Of a stretch of DNA of 64,000 nt, positions 9,520-20,234 are shown one piece after another; position 1 is the stretch's first letter; each line of letters starts with the position of its first letter. Source of the DNA: Terriglobia bacterium (GTDB lineage Bacteria > Acidobacteriota > Terriglobia > 20CM-2-55-15); NCBI GenBank assembly GCA_963664115.2, contig CAXWPJ010000002.1:352001-416000 (forward strand), read 5' to 3'. Below the pieces are notes generated by a model that saw nothing but the letters and a program-made list of their open reading frames with translations, had not been told where the DNA came from and did not search any database. Position numbers and translations under genes: made by a program.

Positions 9520-10473
9520 ATGAAAACCAAGGCAACGTTCGCGATCATGGGATGTCTTTTGGCGTCGACTCTGATCGTCAGCCCACTCGCCCGCGCGCAG
9601 GCGCCGACCGGGACCCTCGCACCCGACATCGCCGGCGTCGTCGCGGCCGGCACTCCGGTCGAACTGATCTGGACGACGTTGACTGATAGCGCTGACGGTA
9701 TCGTGGGCGCTGCCGACGGCAGCCTCCTGTTTGCGCAGGAACCGGTAAGTAGGGTGAGCCGGATCGATGCCCAGGGACAGGTCACGACATATATGGAGAA
9801 TACGAACGGGACCGGTGCGCTTGCGCTCGATGCCCAGGGCCGCATCTTTGCATGCCAGAGACACGATGTTGCGGTCGGTATTCTGGCCCCGGAGGGTCAG
9901 ATTCTCACGGATAACTTCCAGGGTGAACCGCTGTTCGGCGCCAATGATCTGGTCGTCGACAAAAAGGGCGGCGTTTACTTTACCGAGAGCGGACGGATGC
10001 CGTTTCCAGGGGTTTACTACATCAGTCCTGCCGGACAAATGACGAGCCTGGGCAACGATATTCGTGCGAACGGGATCATGCTCAGCGGAGACGAAGGAAC
10101 ACTGTATGTCACTAACAGACAGACAATCCTGGCCTTCGATGTTCTGTCCGACGGAGGGGTGAACAACCGGCGAACCTTTGGCACCGTCGCAGGCGGGCCC
10201 GAGGTTCGCGCCGACGGACTCGCCATCGACGCCATGGGTCGCGTGTATGCCGCGTCCCAGGTCGGCGTCCAGGTGTTCAGCGCGCAAGGAGAGCACCTGG
10301 GCCTCATTCCGGTGCCGCGCCCCACCACGAGCGTTGCCTTTGCAGGAGCAGAAAAGCAGACCCTTTACATGACCGCGCGGGGAGCGGAAGGCGCCGCACC
10401 CGATCAACGGAACGCAAGGTCAATGTACAAAGTAAGGATGCTTGCCAAAGGGTTCGCCGGCCGCGCGAAGTAG
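9520..10473 (+). CDS. SMP-30/gluconolactonase family protein, exported
   Basis: GANDLVVDKKGGVYFT, ANGIMLS, ADGLAID, TSVAFAG. Confidence 0.88.
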   Translation: MKTKATFAIMGCLLASTLIVSPLARAQAPTGTLAPDIAGVVAAGTPVELIWTTLTDSADGIVGAADGSLLFAQEPVSRVSRIDAQGQVTTYMENTNGTGALALDAQGRIFACQRHDVAVGILAPEGQILTDNFQGEPLFGANDLVVDKKGGVYFTESGRMPFPGVYYISPAGQMTSLGNDIRANGIMLSGDEGTLYVTNRQTILAFDVLSDGGVNNRRTFGTVAGGPEVRADGLAIDAMGRVYAASQVGVQVFSAQGEHLGLIPVPRPTTSVAFAGAEKQTLYMTARGAEGAAPDQRNARSMYKVRMLAKGFAGRAK

Positions 10474-10499
10474 GGCCCGAAGAAGAGCGCAGCAACTGA

Positions 10500-12773
10500 T
10501 TAAAAGCGATGGGTGTACACAATCTTCGTGGCAGCGGTGCGGTCCAGTGTCCTGCGCCGGCCGTCGACATCGTCGATCCAGTTCTGGGCGTAAACGAAGT
10601 AGATGTCGTTTCCCGGTCGCAGGATCCAGCGCGACCGGAACTGCCAGCCCAGGACTCCGCTGACCGAGTCATACTGCACGTTGTTGACAACGGAGATCCT
10701 CGGGCCGAACTGCGCGTTTGCATTCAAACGGTGTACCCGGGTCGAGAACTGACCCTCCAGCAGCTCGACGCGATTCCACTCATTCTCCAGGTTGATGAGC
10801 AGACCCGGACGTGGCCGGATGCCAAGATCGAGTGAAAAATCCCGGCGGCTGCCCGAAAAAAAATCTCCGTCTTCGAAGGTTGACGACACCGACAGAACCC
10901 TCTGGTTCGCAGTCCGCAACTGAACCACATACCGCGTGAAGGAATACTGACCGCCACCGGGCAAGGTCACACCGTCAGAAATCTCGAAGTCTTCTTCAAG
11001 ACGCTCATACATGCGGTGGATATTTGTCGTAATAGTGTCTCCCGACTGGAAATCCACACCAAAGGGGATGACCTGTAAATCCCGGCTGGCCAAACGATTC
11101 TGAGTATCGGTAATGAACTCGGTATCGATCCTGAAATTGAAACGCCTGACAACACTGGAGTCTCGCGGCCGTGGGGTAATATTGAGCTCGGGGTTGTATC
11201 GCCGGATGTTACGTCGCGCAACAAAACCAACGGCCGGATCATAGTTCGCTTGAATCTCACGAAACGGCAGCCGCAATTGGAACAGGTCGTTGGGGTAATC
11301 CATTCGGATCCCGTACATAGCCCGCTGGGTAGGGCCCTTTCCGGTGGTCCAGACGTAATATCCGTTGAGGCTGAGATTTTGAGAGCCCCGGAATTGTGAT
11401 GTGGCCAGGAAGAAGTCGACCCCCATGGTGTGGCGGTCCTTGACAACATTTTTCGGGTCAGGCGCGCCGCTGTTCGGACCAGGCGCGCCGCTTTCGCGCT
11501 CGGCCCTCCGCGTGTACATCCCGCCGACGAAGGACTGCTGAAAGATTTTTCTTTTGCCACGAACGACGGTGAAGTCTTCGCCGACCCGGTCGGCCTCGGC
11601 CGCTGTACTCACCTGGAGGATTCCGATGTCGTTCGACCCCACCTGGCCCGTGATCTTTGCGCCGTAGTTGATGCGTTGCGGCCGCCCGTCGGTCAGGCCG
11701 ATGCGGCGGCTGAAGAACGGCACGACCACGGGGCCAAACTCGCGCCCGAAATCGAAGAAATTGTTCCCTTCGAGGAAAAAGTCGCGCCGCTCGGGAAAGA
11801 ACAGTCGGAAGCGGGTCAGGTTGACTTGCCGCTGGTCGACTTCCGTCTGGGCAAAATCGGTGTTAATCGTGAAGTTGGCCTTCAGTTGAGGCGTGATGCT
11901 GTAGATGAAATCAACTCCGGCATCACCCGTGTATGTCGAATCGACACCTCGGCCCGGAGCGGCGCTGTAGTTACCGACGGCATACGGTTGGACGTCCAGG
12001 CCGATCCCCTGGCTCACCTCTGTGATGCCCTCCAGCAGGCCCGCGTTGATCATTCGGAACAGTCCCTGATTGCGTGCATATCCCGTCCAGAGACTCTCTT
12101 CGTTCTTGCGCCGGATGGTGCGCTGGAAGTTCACGCCCCAGGCGGGAGCGGCGGGATCGAAGTTCAGTGTCCGGAAAGGGATTTCGATCTCGATCGTCCA
12201 TCCGATCTCGGTCTTCTGGACCCGCGCATTCCAGATGCCGTCCCAGGCCCGCTCCGTAGCACCTGTGTTTACACTCAGCAACAGGGTGCCATCGCCCATT
12301 GCGCCGCTCGGGTTCACTTCGAATGAATATCCGGATGTCCCGTCCAGATTGGGATCAAACGTCCACATGAAACGGTCGTCAGCCGAAAGCGAACCGTCCC
12401 TCTGCATGGTGTTTCCCAGCACCGCGTCCGGCTGGGAGTCAAAACAGATCACGCCCATGAAGAGGCTGTTTTCGCTAAACAAGAAGCGGACTTCCGTGCG
12501 TTCCGTCGCCGGCGCGCCATTGTCGGGATCTTCCTGCCTGAAGTCGGTCGCAGGAACTGCACGTTCCCATGCTGTCTCGTTGAGGTTGCCGTCGAGTACG
12601 ATCTCCTCCCCCGACGCCAGGCGTTCTGCCCGGACCCGCGGTGCGCCCTCATAGCCCGAAAGATCGCCCCCACCTGCCGGATTCTGGGCGAGGGACGAAA
12701 TCGGAACCGAAGCGATGACAAACAAGAATAAACAACAGAGTTTCTTGTTCCGGATAGATGGACGCTGCACCAA
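10500..12773 (-). CDS. CBM9-like + DUF5916 outer-membrane protein
   Basis: LDGNLNETAW, PATERTEV, INTDFAQTEVDQRQVNLTRFRLFFPERRDFFLEG, FFSRRIG, C-terminal YTHRF. Confidence 0.85.
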   Translation of the reverse strand: MVQRPSIRNKKLCCLFLFVIASVPISSLAQNPAGGGDLSGYEGAPRVRAERLASGEEIVLDGNLNETAWERAVPATDFRQEDPDNGAPATERTEVRFLFSENSLFMGVICFDSQPDAVLGNTMQRDGSLSADDRFMWTFDPNLDGTSGYSFEVNPSGAMGDGTLLLSVNTGATERAWDGIWNARVQKTEIGWTIEIEIPFRTLNFDPAAPAWGVNFQRTIRRKNEESLWTGYARNQGLFRMINAGLLEGITEVSQGIGLDVQPYAVGNYSAAPGRGVDSTYTGDAGVDFIYSITPQLKANFTINTDFAQTEVDQRQVNLTRFRLFFPERRDFFLEGNNFFDFGREFGPVVVPFFSRRIGLTDGRPQRINYGAKITGQVGSNDIGILQVSTAAEADRVGEDFTVVRGKRKIFQQSFVGGMYTRRAERESGAPGPNSGAPDPKNVVKDRHTMGVDFFLATSQFRGSQNLSLNGYYVWTTGKGPTQRAMYGIRMDYPNDLFQLRLPFREIQANYDPAVGFVARRNIRRYNPELNITPRPRDSSVVRRFNFRIDTEFITDTQNRLASRDLQVIPFGVDFQSGDTITTNIHRMYERLEEDFEISDGVTLPGGGQYSFTRYVVQLRTANQRVLSVSSTFEDGDFFSGSRRDFSLDLGIRPRPGLLINLENEWNRVELLEGQFSTRVHRLNANAQFGPRISVVNNVQYDSVSGVLGWQFRSRWILRPGNDIYFVYAQNWIDDVDGRRRTLDRTAATKIVYTHRF

Positions 12774-12822
12774 TTTTAAGTAGTTCTCCTGAAGTTTCCG
12801 CGGTCTGCGTCCGCTCTCGGGG

Positions 12823-15255
12823 TCAAAACTGGTATCTCAGTCCGACTTCGATTTCGCGGGGTGCGAACGCGCTCGTCGACAGCCCGAAATTCCTCGACGT
12901 CATCACGCCGACTGGAGCTTCAAGGTTCGTCATGTTGAAGGCGTTGTCGATGTTTGCAAAGAGACTGATCTGGGTGCCGCCGCTGGTGTTGCCCCCCGGC
13001 CCCAAGTTGAGTTGGAAAGCCTTTGAGACATTGAAGCCGACCGCGAAGAAACGGGGGCCGGTTTCGCTGTTGCGGCGAACCCCTTCGGGACGGTCGCTGA
13101 ACTGTCCGTCCTTGTTGTCATCCGTCCCTGTGGTGATGTTGTAAATCTCACCGCTGTTGGCGGAGAAACTCGTGGTCAAGTACACGTCCCGTGGCAGGCG
13201 GGAATTGATGCTGGCTGTGAGCGTGTGGTTTTCCTGCGATCCGGCCCGGCCCCAGTCCCAAAACAGGTCATAGGCGTTCGAGAGCATATTGCCATCGCTA
13301 TAGCCTCTGTTACCGACGTAGTTTGCAACGATGTTGAAGATGCTGAAGCGCTGCCGAAGAGAGATCCTGTAGTTCGTGTGCGAGGAAAGACCTGCGGTGC
13401 GTTCCTCGATGATGTCGCCTTCGTTCGGAAAGGGCTTAAGACCGTCGGGGTTCTCCGGAGTGATCGATCCGGGAAAAGGCGTGTTGATATTCCGCCGCCG
13501 TTTCAGATTGACGCCACGATTGTGATCCACGCTGAAGTTGATTTGCAAATTCCCGGGCAGGCTCCTCTCCAGGGCGATAACAGTAGTCACGTAGTACGGA
13601 GTCCGCATGTCCGAGGTAGCTATTCTCCGCGATCTGGGGGGAATGGTCTCAATGTCGCCCGACTGGAACGGATCGGGCCAACCCGGTTGTGAAACGCGAA
13701 GACCAAACTGTCGCTGGCCGTCAAATCGCAGCAGTCGCTTTTGGTCTCGGATGGTCCAGGGTTCGTGAATGGTTCCAATCCCCGCGCGGATGACGGTGGA
13801 ACTCCCGGCTGCGTATGCGATGTTCAGTCGCGGATCCATTGCATGATTCCCGTCCACGTTGTTCTGCCCCTGGTAGCGGAACCCGAGCATCAGCGTGAGC
13901 CGGTTCGTCAAACGCAGATCGTTCTGCACGAAAGCGGCAATCTGCAAGTGATTGACGTCCAGTACCGGATCCCCACGGTTCACGTCGTACTGGGAAGGCG
14001 TCCGGTTTCGATAATTTTCGAGATCTGAAAATGTATACAGGCCCAGAAAATTGTTCTCGTCCACCTCGCGTTCCCTGCGATAGGTCCCTTCCGTACCGGC
14101 CCTCAGGGTCAGTCGACCGTCGGTGAAATAAAGAAGGTTCCCGAATCCAAAATCAGTGGCGTCGCTCTCACTGCGGTTCTGTCCACCCCCACCGTTGAAC
14201 GCGGCCAGGACATTGACCCCCGGACCGATGGTCAGCGGTGTTGTTTCACTGTGTCCCTGCTGCCATGAAAAGCGAGTTTCATACACTGCCCGGTCAGAAA
14301 GAACGGCGATATGACGCAGGTCCACCTCGTAGTTGTTACTCCTGGAATCGGACCCGCGCTCGGGGAGGGTGAAGTTTCCAATGCCCTGGTTCTCGCGGCT
14401 GAAGGACCGATGCTCTACTCCGAAGTGCAGAGATTGGGTATCGGTGAACTGCAAGATTCCCCGCCCCTCGTAAAATTTGCCGACGTTGGGCCGCGTGATA
14501 CCCAGGGCAAAAGGCCCATCCAAGGTCTCCGCCTTGACCGTACCCACGTTCTCTCTTCGGTTGTTACGCAGGCTGAAGCTGACCGTCAAGCGATCGCGAA
14601 TGACAGGGCCACTGATGTTGCCGCTGATCGTCCTCTCGTGATACGGAGGCTTGTTTTCGGCCGCGGGGTTTCGGGCATTCAGAACGTCGTCCTGGAACGC
14701 CGCCGAGAAGTTCCCATGGAAGGCGCCAGTCCCTCCACGCTCGATCACCTCGGTCGACTGTCGGAGGCTGCCAGGCCCCGTACCGCCACCCACGCTGTTT
14801 TCAGCGGTCAGCGGATTGTTGACGACCCGGATTTCCTGGATGCGGTCGGGTTGTGGGCTATCGTCACCGGCGATCTGCCCACCGATCAACGCACCGCTAG
14901 ATTCGAACTCCTCCCACACCTCGCGCTGGGCAGGAGTCAGGAAGTCTGAAAGGATAGCCCGGAACTCGTCGTGGATCCACTGAATGCCGGCCAGGGCCCG
15001 GTCTCTCTGATCCCCTTCGGGAACCCCGCTGCTGAAATCCATGATCTCGCCGAAGAGACTCTCGGAAGCCTGGCGCCGGTCTTCGAGCAGGAGCGCGATC
15101 TGCCTTTCCTGTTCTGGCGTGAACGGGACCCCGGCAGCGGCAAGCACTTCGGCCACCTGGGTTCTCAGTTCATCGAGTGGATTCTGGGTAACAAGTTGTC
15201 CCAAAGCGACGGTCGTCAACAGGGCGCAAACCAGCCACAGTCTCATCAAGTTCAC
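12823..15255 (-). CDS. TonB-dependent receptor-like outer-membrane beta-barrel (Oar/Acidobacteria type) with helical N-terminal domain
   Basis: LNARNP, AAFVQNDLRL, DPRLNIAY, YNITTGTDDNKDG..DRP, C-terminal PREIEVGLRYQF. Confidence 0.8.
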   Translation of the reverse strand: MNLMRLWLVCALLTTVALGQLVTQNPLDELRTQVAEVLAAAGVPFTPEQERQIALLLEDRRQASESLFGEIMDFSSGVPEGDQRDRALAGIQWIHDEFRAILSDFLTPAQREVWEEFESSGALIGGQIAGDDSPQPDRIQEIRVVNNPLTAENSVGGGTGPGSLRQSTEVIERGGTGAFHGNFSAAFQDDVLNARNPAAENKPPYHERTISGNISGPVIRDRLTVSFSLRNNRRENVGTVKAETLDGPFALGITRPNVGKFYEGRGILQFTDTQSLHFGVEHRSFSRENQGIGNFTLPERGSDSRSNNYEVDLRHIAVLSDRAVYETRFSWQQGHSETTPLTIGPGVNVLAAFNGGGGQNRSESDATDFGFGNLLYFTDGRLTLRAGTEGTYRREREVDENNFLGLYTFSDLENYRNRTPSQYDVNRGDPVLDVNHLQIAAFVQNDLRLTNRLTLMLGFRYQGQNNVDGNHAMDPRLNIAYAAGSSTVIRAGIGTIHEPWTIRDQKRLLRFDGQRQFGLRVSQPGWPDPFQSGDIETIPPRSRRIATSDMRTPYYVTTVIALERSLPGNLQINFSVDHNRGVNLKRRRNINTPFPGSITPENPDGLKPFPNEGDIIEERTAGLSSHTNYRISLRQRFSIFNIVANYVGNRGYSDGNMLSNAYDLFWDWGRAGSQENHTLTASINSRLPRDVYLTTSFSANSGEIYNITTGTDDNKDGQFSDRPEGVRRNSETGPRFFAVGFNVSKAFQLNLGPGGNTSGGTQISLFANIDNAFNMTNLEAPVGVMTSRNFGLSTSAFAPREIEVGLRYQF

Positions 15256-15680
15256 AGTCGGCGCTATCCTCCTCCATCCTCAATCCTTTTGATTGTACTT
15301 CGGGTCAGGTGACCTCGCCAAATCCGTGCCAATACACGTCCTCAGATACCCACTAATCGAAATCACCCTTGAGAAACCCGCCACCTCGCAGTTCCTGTCA
15401 TTAGTACTAAGTACTAAATGATGGGACGCCAGATCACAGTAATGCCGCCAACACCAGTCACATGACTCGTTTCGCGCGCACCGTGCCAAAGCAGACTCCA
15501 TGGTGCGTGCCGATCGGCGTCGCATACGCTTCCAGCGAGCGTGGGATTGCTGAGTAACGCCACCTCTAGCCGGTCGATGTACGATGCGTATGGTCCAGCC
15601 GCGGGCTGTGGTATATTGCGCGCCTATATCGAGGAACTAACAGCGCTGAGAAAATTCTCATTTTTGTCAGGAGGCAGGGT

Positions 15681-16844
15681 ATGAAGAACATGTCCTTACG
15701 CACTCATCTTTTCCCGTCCCTAATCATTGCCATGCTGATCCTGGTACTTGCGACCGGTTGCGCTCCGGGGGAACCGGAGGCCGGGCCGGAACCCGTGGCG
15801 GATGGTGTACCGGCCGAGTTCGACACGGCGGAATATGGGATTCGTCTCGTGACCGTCGCCGACGGCCTCGCTTACCCCTATTCGATGGTATTTCTGCCAG
15901 ACGGCAACATGCTGTTTACGGAGATGGATGGACAGTTGCGCATGATTCGTGACGGTGTGCTCCAGGAGCAGCCGATCTCAGGAATACCTGAGGTGTTTCA
16001 CGATGGGCCTTCGAAGGGCTTGATGGATCTCGCGCTCCATCCCGACTTCACCGAAAATAATTTGGTGTATTTTACCTACGACAAGGAAGGCGAAGACGGC
16101 GTCACCGAAGCCCTCGCGCGGGGAGTGTTCGACGGAACCACGTTAAGCGATGTCGAAGACGTTTTTATCGCCGACGCCTGGGCAGTAACAAACGGGCGGC
16201 AAAACTCCCGCATCACGTTTGCTCCCGATGGGACTATCTTCATGTCGGCCAGTGCTGGAGGCCGGCCGAACCTGGGGCGCGGGCAGGAGCTCGACAATCA
16301 CGCCGGGAAGATCCTACGGATCCGCGATGACGGCTCCGTACCGGACGACAACCCTTTCGTCGGCCGCGCAGGCACCAGCCCCGAAATCTTCACCTACGGG
16401 CATCAGAATATCCATGCGATGGCCACGCATCCGGTGACCGGCGATATCTGGTCCGTTGAGCACGGCGACGAGGCCAACATCCTCAGCGCCGGAGCCAACT
16501 ACGGAGTCGGGCTTGAAGACGAGTCCGCAGCCGAGGTAGACGTGACCGAAGCGCATATCTCCTGGATCGATCCGGACATTCATCCTTCGGGTATGTTGTT
16601 CTATACCGGAGACGCCTTCCCCGCGTGGAAGGGCAGCCTATTTCTCGGTGGCCTGAATACGAATCAAATTCATCGGGTCTCGTTCGACGAGGCAGGCAAC
16701 GCCGAGTTCCGTGAGAATCTCTTCAGCAATATCGGCCAGTGGGTCCGCGACTTGCGGCAGGGACCGGATGGATTTATCTATTTCACGAGCTACGATGATC
16801 CGGACGCTCTGGGTATGATCCGGCGCATCGAACCAGCGGAATAA
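15681..16844 (+). CDS. PQQ-dependent sugar dehydrogenase (GSDH/YliI family) lipoprotein
   Basis: Lipobox LATGC; GLMDLALHPDF, GKILRIRDDGSVPDDNPF, RDLRQGPDGFIY. Confidence 0.9.
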   Translation: MKNMSLRTHLFPSLIIAMLILVLATGCAPGEPEAGPEPVADGVPAEFDTAEYGIRLVTVADGLAYPYSMVFLPDGNMLFTEMDGQLRMIRDGVLQEQPISGIPEVFHDGPSKGLMDLALHPDFTENNLVYFTYDKEGEDGVTEALARGVFDGTTLSDVEDVFIADAWAVTNGRQNSRITFAPDGTIFMSASAGGRPNLGRGQELDNHAGKILRIRDDGSVPDDNPFVGRAGTSPEIFTYGHQNIHAMATHPVTGDIWSVEHGDEANILSAGANYGVGLEDESAAEVDVTEAHISWIDPDIHPSGMLFYTGDAFPAWKGSLFLGGLNTNQIHRVSFDEAGNAEFRENLFSNIGQWVRDLRQGPDGFIYFTSYDDPDALGMIRRIEPAE

Positions 16845-16951
16845 ACGCCAGCCGTCAGGTATCTCACCGATACCTGCTGCCGTTCTTCTCCGCTGATTGC
16901 AATCACAAGGCAGGCGACGTACTGCCTTGGACAAGGGGAGCTTGGATTGTC

Positions 16952-18400
16952 ATGCCATTGCTAAAATTTGCATCGGGTCCGATTGTTTTTCTCTTGGTCT
17001 ATTTGCTCCCTATTGAGGGCGCGACACAGCAGGGCCGCCTTGCCTTGGCTGTCTTCGGGTGGATGGTCAGTTGGTGGATGTTGCGACCTGTTCCATGGGC
17101 TGTCGCTTCTATCATGCCTCTGATCCTGTTCCCGATGTTCAATGTCATGAGTGTCGGCGCTACGGTGGGGCTTTACGGCCAGAACATCTTCTTCTGGATC
17201 TGGGGAACCATAATGATGGGCTACGCCATGGACCGCCACGGGCTGGCGAAACGTTTTGCCCTCTGGTTCATGTCCTTGAAATGGGTCAGCGGAAGCTCCT
17301 ACCGCGTCGCGTTCGGATTTATGCTGGCAACCGCATTGATTTCAATGATCGTCTCCGACGCGGCGACTGTTGCGATGATGATTCCAGTGGCAGTCTCTCT
17401 CGTGGCTTTCATCCGCAGCGTCCAGCCCGAAGGGCAGACGGGCAAATCCAATTTCGGCGCCTTCCTGGTACTGGGGGCGCTATATGGCAGTGTTGCCGGG
17501 GGGACCGCCACAATCGCTGGAATTCCCCACAATGCCCTGAGCGTCACGTTACTGGAGCAGTTTACCGGCAGGGCCTTGGGCTGGTTTGAATGGATGTCGG
17601 CGGGTTTCCCTGTATTCGTGGTCTTACTGTTGGTGTTCTATTTCGTTCTGCGGGTCTTCCTGCCCCCGGAATTCAAGATCGTTCCGGGAGGCAGCGAGTT
17701 TCTCCAGAGGGAGCGCGAAAAACTCGGCCCCATCACCCCAGGCGAGCGAGCAACATTGTTTGTGTTCGTCACGATGGTTACTCTGTTCGTTTTGCCGACC
17801 GCGTTTAACCTTCTCCTCGGATCACAACACGCGGTAACCGTCTGGGGCGCCCGGGCCCTGAACCTGTACGTGGTGCCGCCGATTGTTCTTCTCTTGCTCT
17901 TTAGCACGCCCGTAGATTTGAAGAAGGGTCAGTTTGTGCTCGGGTGGAAAGAGGTGGTGGTCAACACCCCCTGGGACATCATGATCCTTGTGACGGCTGC
18001 AGCCGCTGTCATGGACGCCCTGGTCGATTTCGGGTTTGTGGATTTAGCGGGAGAGGCCGTGGCGGGCCTGGGCTTAGGATCCACGGCCCTTGCCTTTGTG
18101 GCGTCCTATGTCGTCGCTTTCAGCACCAACATGATCTCAGGAGTCGCGGCGACCAGTTTCTTCAGTGGCATATTCATTCCCGCGGCCGAGCAGGTCGGGT
18201 TCAATCCCGCCTCGATGGCTATTCTGATTCCGAACGCCGCCGTGGGCATCGCTCTCCCGTGGGCCGGGGCCTCATGTGCAACCGCTTTCGCAACAGGTCA
18301 GATCGACATGAAGGACATGATTAAGATTGGGCTGGTCGCGACGTTCCTCTTTGCCTTCACCACAGCCGTCGTTCATATCCTGCTGGCTCCATTCGTGTGA
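16952..18400 (+). CDS. SLC13/DASS family permease
   Basis: Many TM segments; SMIVSDAAT and GGTATIAGIPHN hairpin motifs. Confidence 0.85.
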   Translation: MPLLKFASGPIVFLLVYLLPIEGATQQGRLALAVFGWMVSWWMLRPVPWAVASIMPLILFPMFNVMSVGATVGLYGQNIFFWIWGTIMMGYAMDRHGLAKRFALWFMSLKWVSGSSYRVAFGFMLATALISMIVSDAATVAMMIPVAVSLVAFIRSVQPEGQTGKSNFGAFLVLGALYGSVAGGTATIAGIPHNALSVTLLEQFTGRALGWFEWMSAGFPVFVVLLLVFYFVLRVFLPPEFKIVPGGSEFLQREREKLGPITPGERATLFVFVTMVTLFVLPTAFNLLLGSQHAVTVWGARALNLYVVPPIVLLLLFSTPVDLKKGQFVLGWKEVVVNTPWDIMILVTAAAAVMDALVDFGFVDLAGEAVAGLGLGSTALAFVASYVVAFSTNMISGVAATSFFSGIFIPAAEQVGFNPASMAILIPNAAVGIALPWAGASCATAFATGQIDMKDMIKIGLVATFLFAFTTAVVHILLAPFV

Positions 18401-18453
18401 TTGGCTAGCGACTTAGGGTGATAGACGGGTACCGTGAGCCGCTGGAAATGTCT

Positions 18454-18483
18454 TTGACAGCACCAGACACCCACAACTATACT
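18454..18483 (+). promoter_or_regulatory. sigma70-like promoter TTGACA-N18-TATACT
   Basis: Near-consensus hexamers ~80 bp upstream of 18565. Confidence 0.6.
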
Positions 18484-18564
18484 CACACTAATCGGACAAC
18501 GGTTCCGCGGCATCGCAGCAATTATTGAAAGCAGCAAAACAGTAGCAATGGAGCAATCAGAAAT

Positions 18565-18963
18565 ATGAAGGTTTCCACTTTAGCCGTTCTGGTTATTGTC
18601 GGACTTGCGGCCTTTCCGGCTATGGCCCACCATTCGTTCACTACTTTCTGGCACATGGACCAAACGGTTGAAATCACCGGGATCGTGAGGTCGACCCGGA
18701 TAATCAATCCACACGGGGAACTGACTATCGAAGTCACGGAACCGAACGGTGAGACGGCTCTTTGGTACATCACCTCGAGAGGCCCGGCGCAAGCGACAAG
18801 AAGAGCCGGTTGGGAGAACGGGTTGTTGGTTGGTGAGACGGTCACCGTTGAGGGCAGCCCCTCACGTAAAGAAGGTGCGAAGGCCCTGGCTGCGGGTAAG
18901 GTAACCCTGTCCGACGGCAAAGTGATGTGGCTTGGCGGCGGCGGGGGCGTTCCCGGACAATAG
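18565..18963 (+). CDS. DUF6152-like exported protein (His-His N-terminus)
   Basis: AMA|HHSF, INPHG. Confidence 0.75.
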   Translation: MKVSTLAVLVIVGLAAFPAMAHHSFTTFWHMDQTVEITGIVRSTRIINPHGELTIEVTEPNGETALWYITSRGPAQATRRAGWENGLLVGETVTVEGSPSRKEGAKALAAGKVTLSDGKVMWLGGGGGVPGQ

Positions 18964-19066
18964 CCTGCCGATTCGAAACAGATCGCGGTTTCGCCGCAGC
19001 TGAAGAATCGGCGAGTATTTCGCGTCTTTGACGACTTCCGCGCTGAGTTTAGGTATAGATATGTCG

Positions 19067-19087
19067 GGGGAGCTAGCGCTCCCCTTT
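19067..19087 (+). terminator. Possible intrinsic terminator/attenuator hairpin
   Basis: GGGGAGC-TAGC-GCTCCCC followed by TTT. Confidence 0.4.
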
Positions 19088-19160
19088 CCGATGGAGAGTC
19101 GTGGATTCGTGGTCTGCGAGCATCTGCTTCTGGAATTGGCTTTCGAACTGGAGAAGATCG

Positions 19161-20006
19161 ATGAAATACGAACATAAGGCAAGTCTAAGTCTCGAGAAAG
19201 CACCTCAGAAGAGAGCATGGGCCGGGTTTTTGGCAAGTGCATATCTGGTGGTGTCCACGCTGGCACTCGCGCCGGCGGACCTCGCGGCTCAGGCCCAGTA
19301 TCCCGACGAGCAGATTATCCCGGACCACGTTGATAAATTTACGAAGACAAATTGGACACGGGACCGCCGGTGGCCGAGGGGCGATTGCGGCGATTTGACT
19401 GACGCTTATGGCCGCAATCTTACCGATTGCTCGATACCATGGCCCGAAGTGCAGGTTAACGAGAGAGGCCGCACCTGGCTGGAATACTTTGATGCGCAGC
19501 AGTCACCGACGTTGAGCGAGTGTGCCGCGGTTACAACTCCGGGAATATTGGGTGACGTTCGTCCGTTCAGCTTCTTGTTCAAGACCGACAGCTTGATCAT
19601 CAACTACGAACATGCCGGTATCGTGCGCACGGTCTGGATGGACGGTCGCCGTCACCCACCGCCGACCGACCTGTTCCAACACGGACATGCGATCGCTCGG
19701 TGGGAAGGTGAGGAACTGATCATAGAAACCCAGAACTTCACCTGGGATCCCGATGGCCTCGACGACCACATCCATCTCGCTGCTTCGACACGAAAACGAG
19801 TGATCGAACGCTACAGCATGGTCGACGATGAGACCATGAGCATTATGATCACCTACGAAGATCCTGTCTTCTTAAACGCACCTATCACGTGGGAGCAGAG
19901 ATGGGTCAAAGAAGAAACGCCCCAGGATGGCTGGTGGGAGTGCAATCCCGAAATCACACGGACAGAAATAGAAAACACGTATCCGGATCGATACGGGAAC
20001 GAATAA
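19161..20006 (+). CDS. Exported uncharacterised protein, DUF6152-partner family (divergent, 4 Cys)
   Basis: RTVWMDGR, GHAIARWEGEELIIET, ERYS, EDPVFL, WECNP. Confidence 0.7.
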   Translation: MKYEHKASLSLEKAPQKRAWAGFLASAYLVVSTLALAPADLAAQAQYPDEQIIPDHVDKFTKTNWTRDRRWPRGDCGDLTDAYGRNLTDCSIPWPEVQVNERGRTWLEYFDAQQSPTLSECAAVTTPGILGDVRPFSFLFKTDSLIINYEHAGIVRTVWMDGRRHPPPTDLFQHGHAIARWEGEELIIETQNFTWDPDGLDDHIHLAASTRKRVIERYSMVDDETMSIMITYEDPVFLNAPITWEQRWVKEETPQDGWWECNPEITRTEIENTYPDRYGNE

Positions 20007-20016
20007 TTTCAGTTTG

Positions 20017-20044
20017 GAATGCCCCCGCTCCGGAGGGGGCATTC
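20017..20044. terminator. GC-rich hairpin after gene
   Basis: GAATGCCCCC...GGGGGCATTC, 10-bp stem. Confidence 0.5.
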
Positions 20045-20234
20045 AACCCGAACCCGCCGCAGCCTGCCGCAGACCGCATAGAGTCAGTCGCCTTACAACC
20101 GCCTTCCCTGCTTGCAATTAAGAGTGGTCCTTCGGATAATCCTGTCTTCACCAAGACTTCATGAAGCTCGTGCCCGAAGACAGTCTTTTAAGAACGCAAC
20201 CGTTCAGTTCGAAAGATTAGGGAGGATCGGTATC

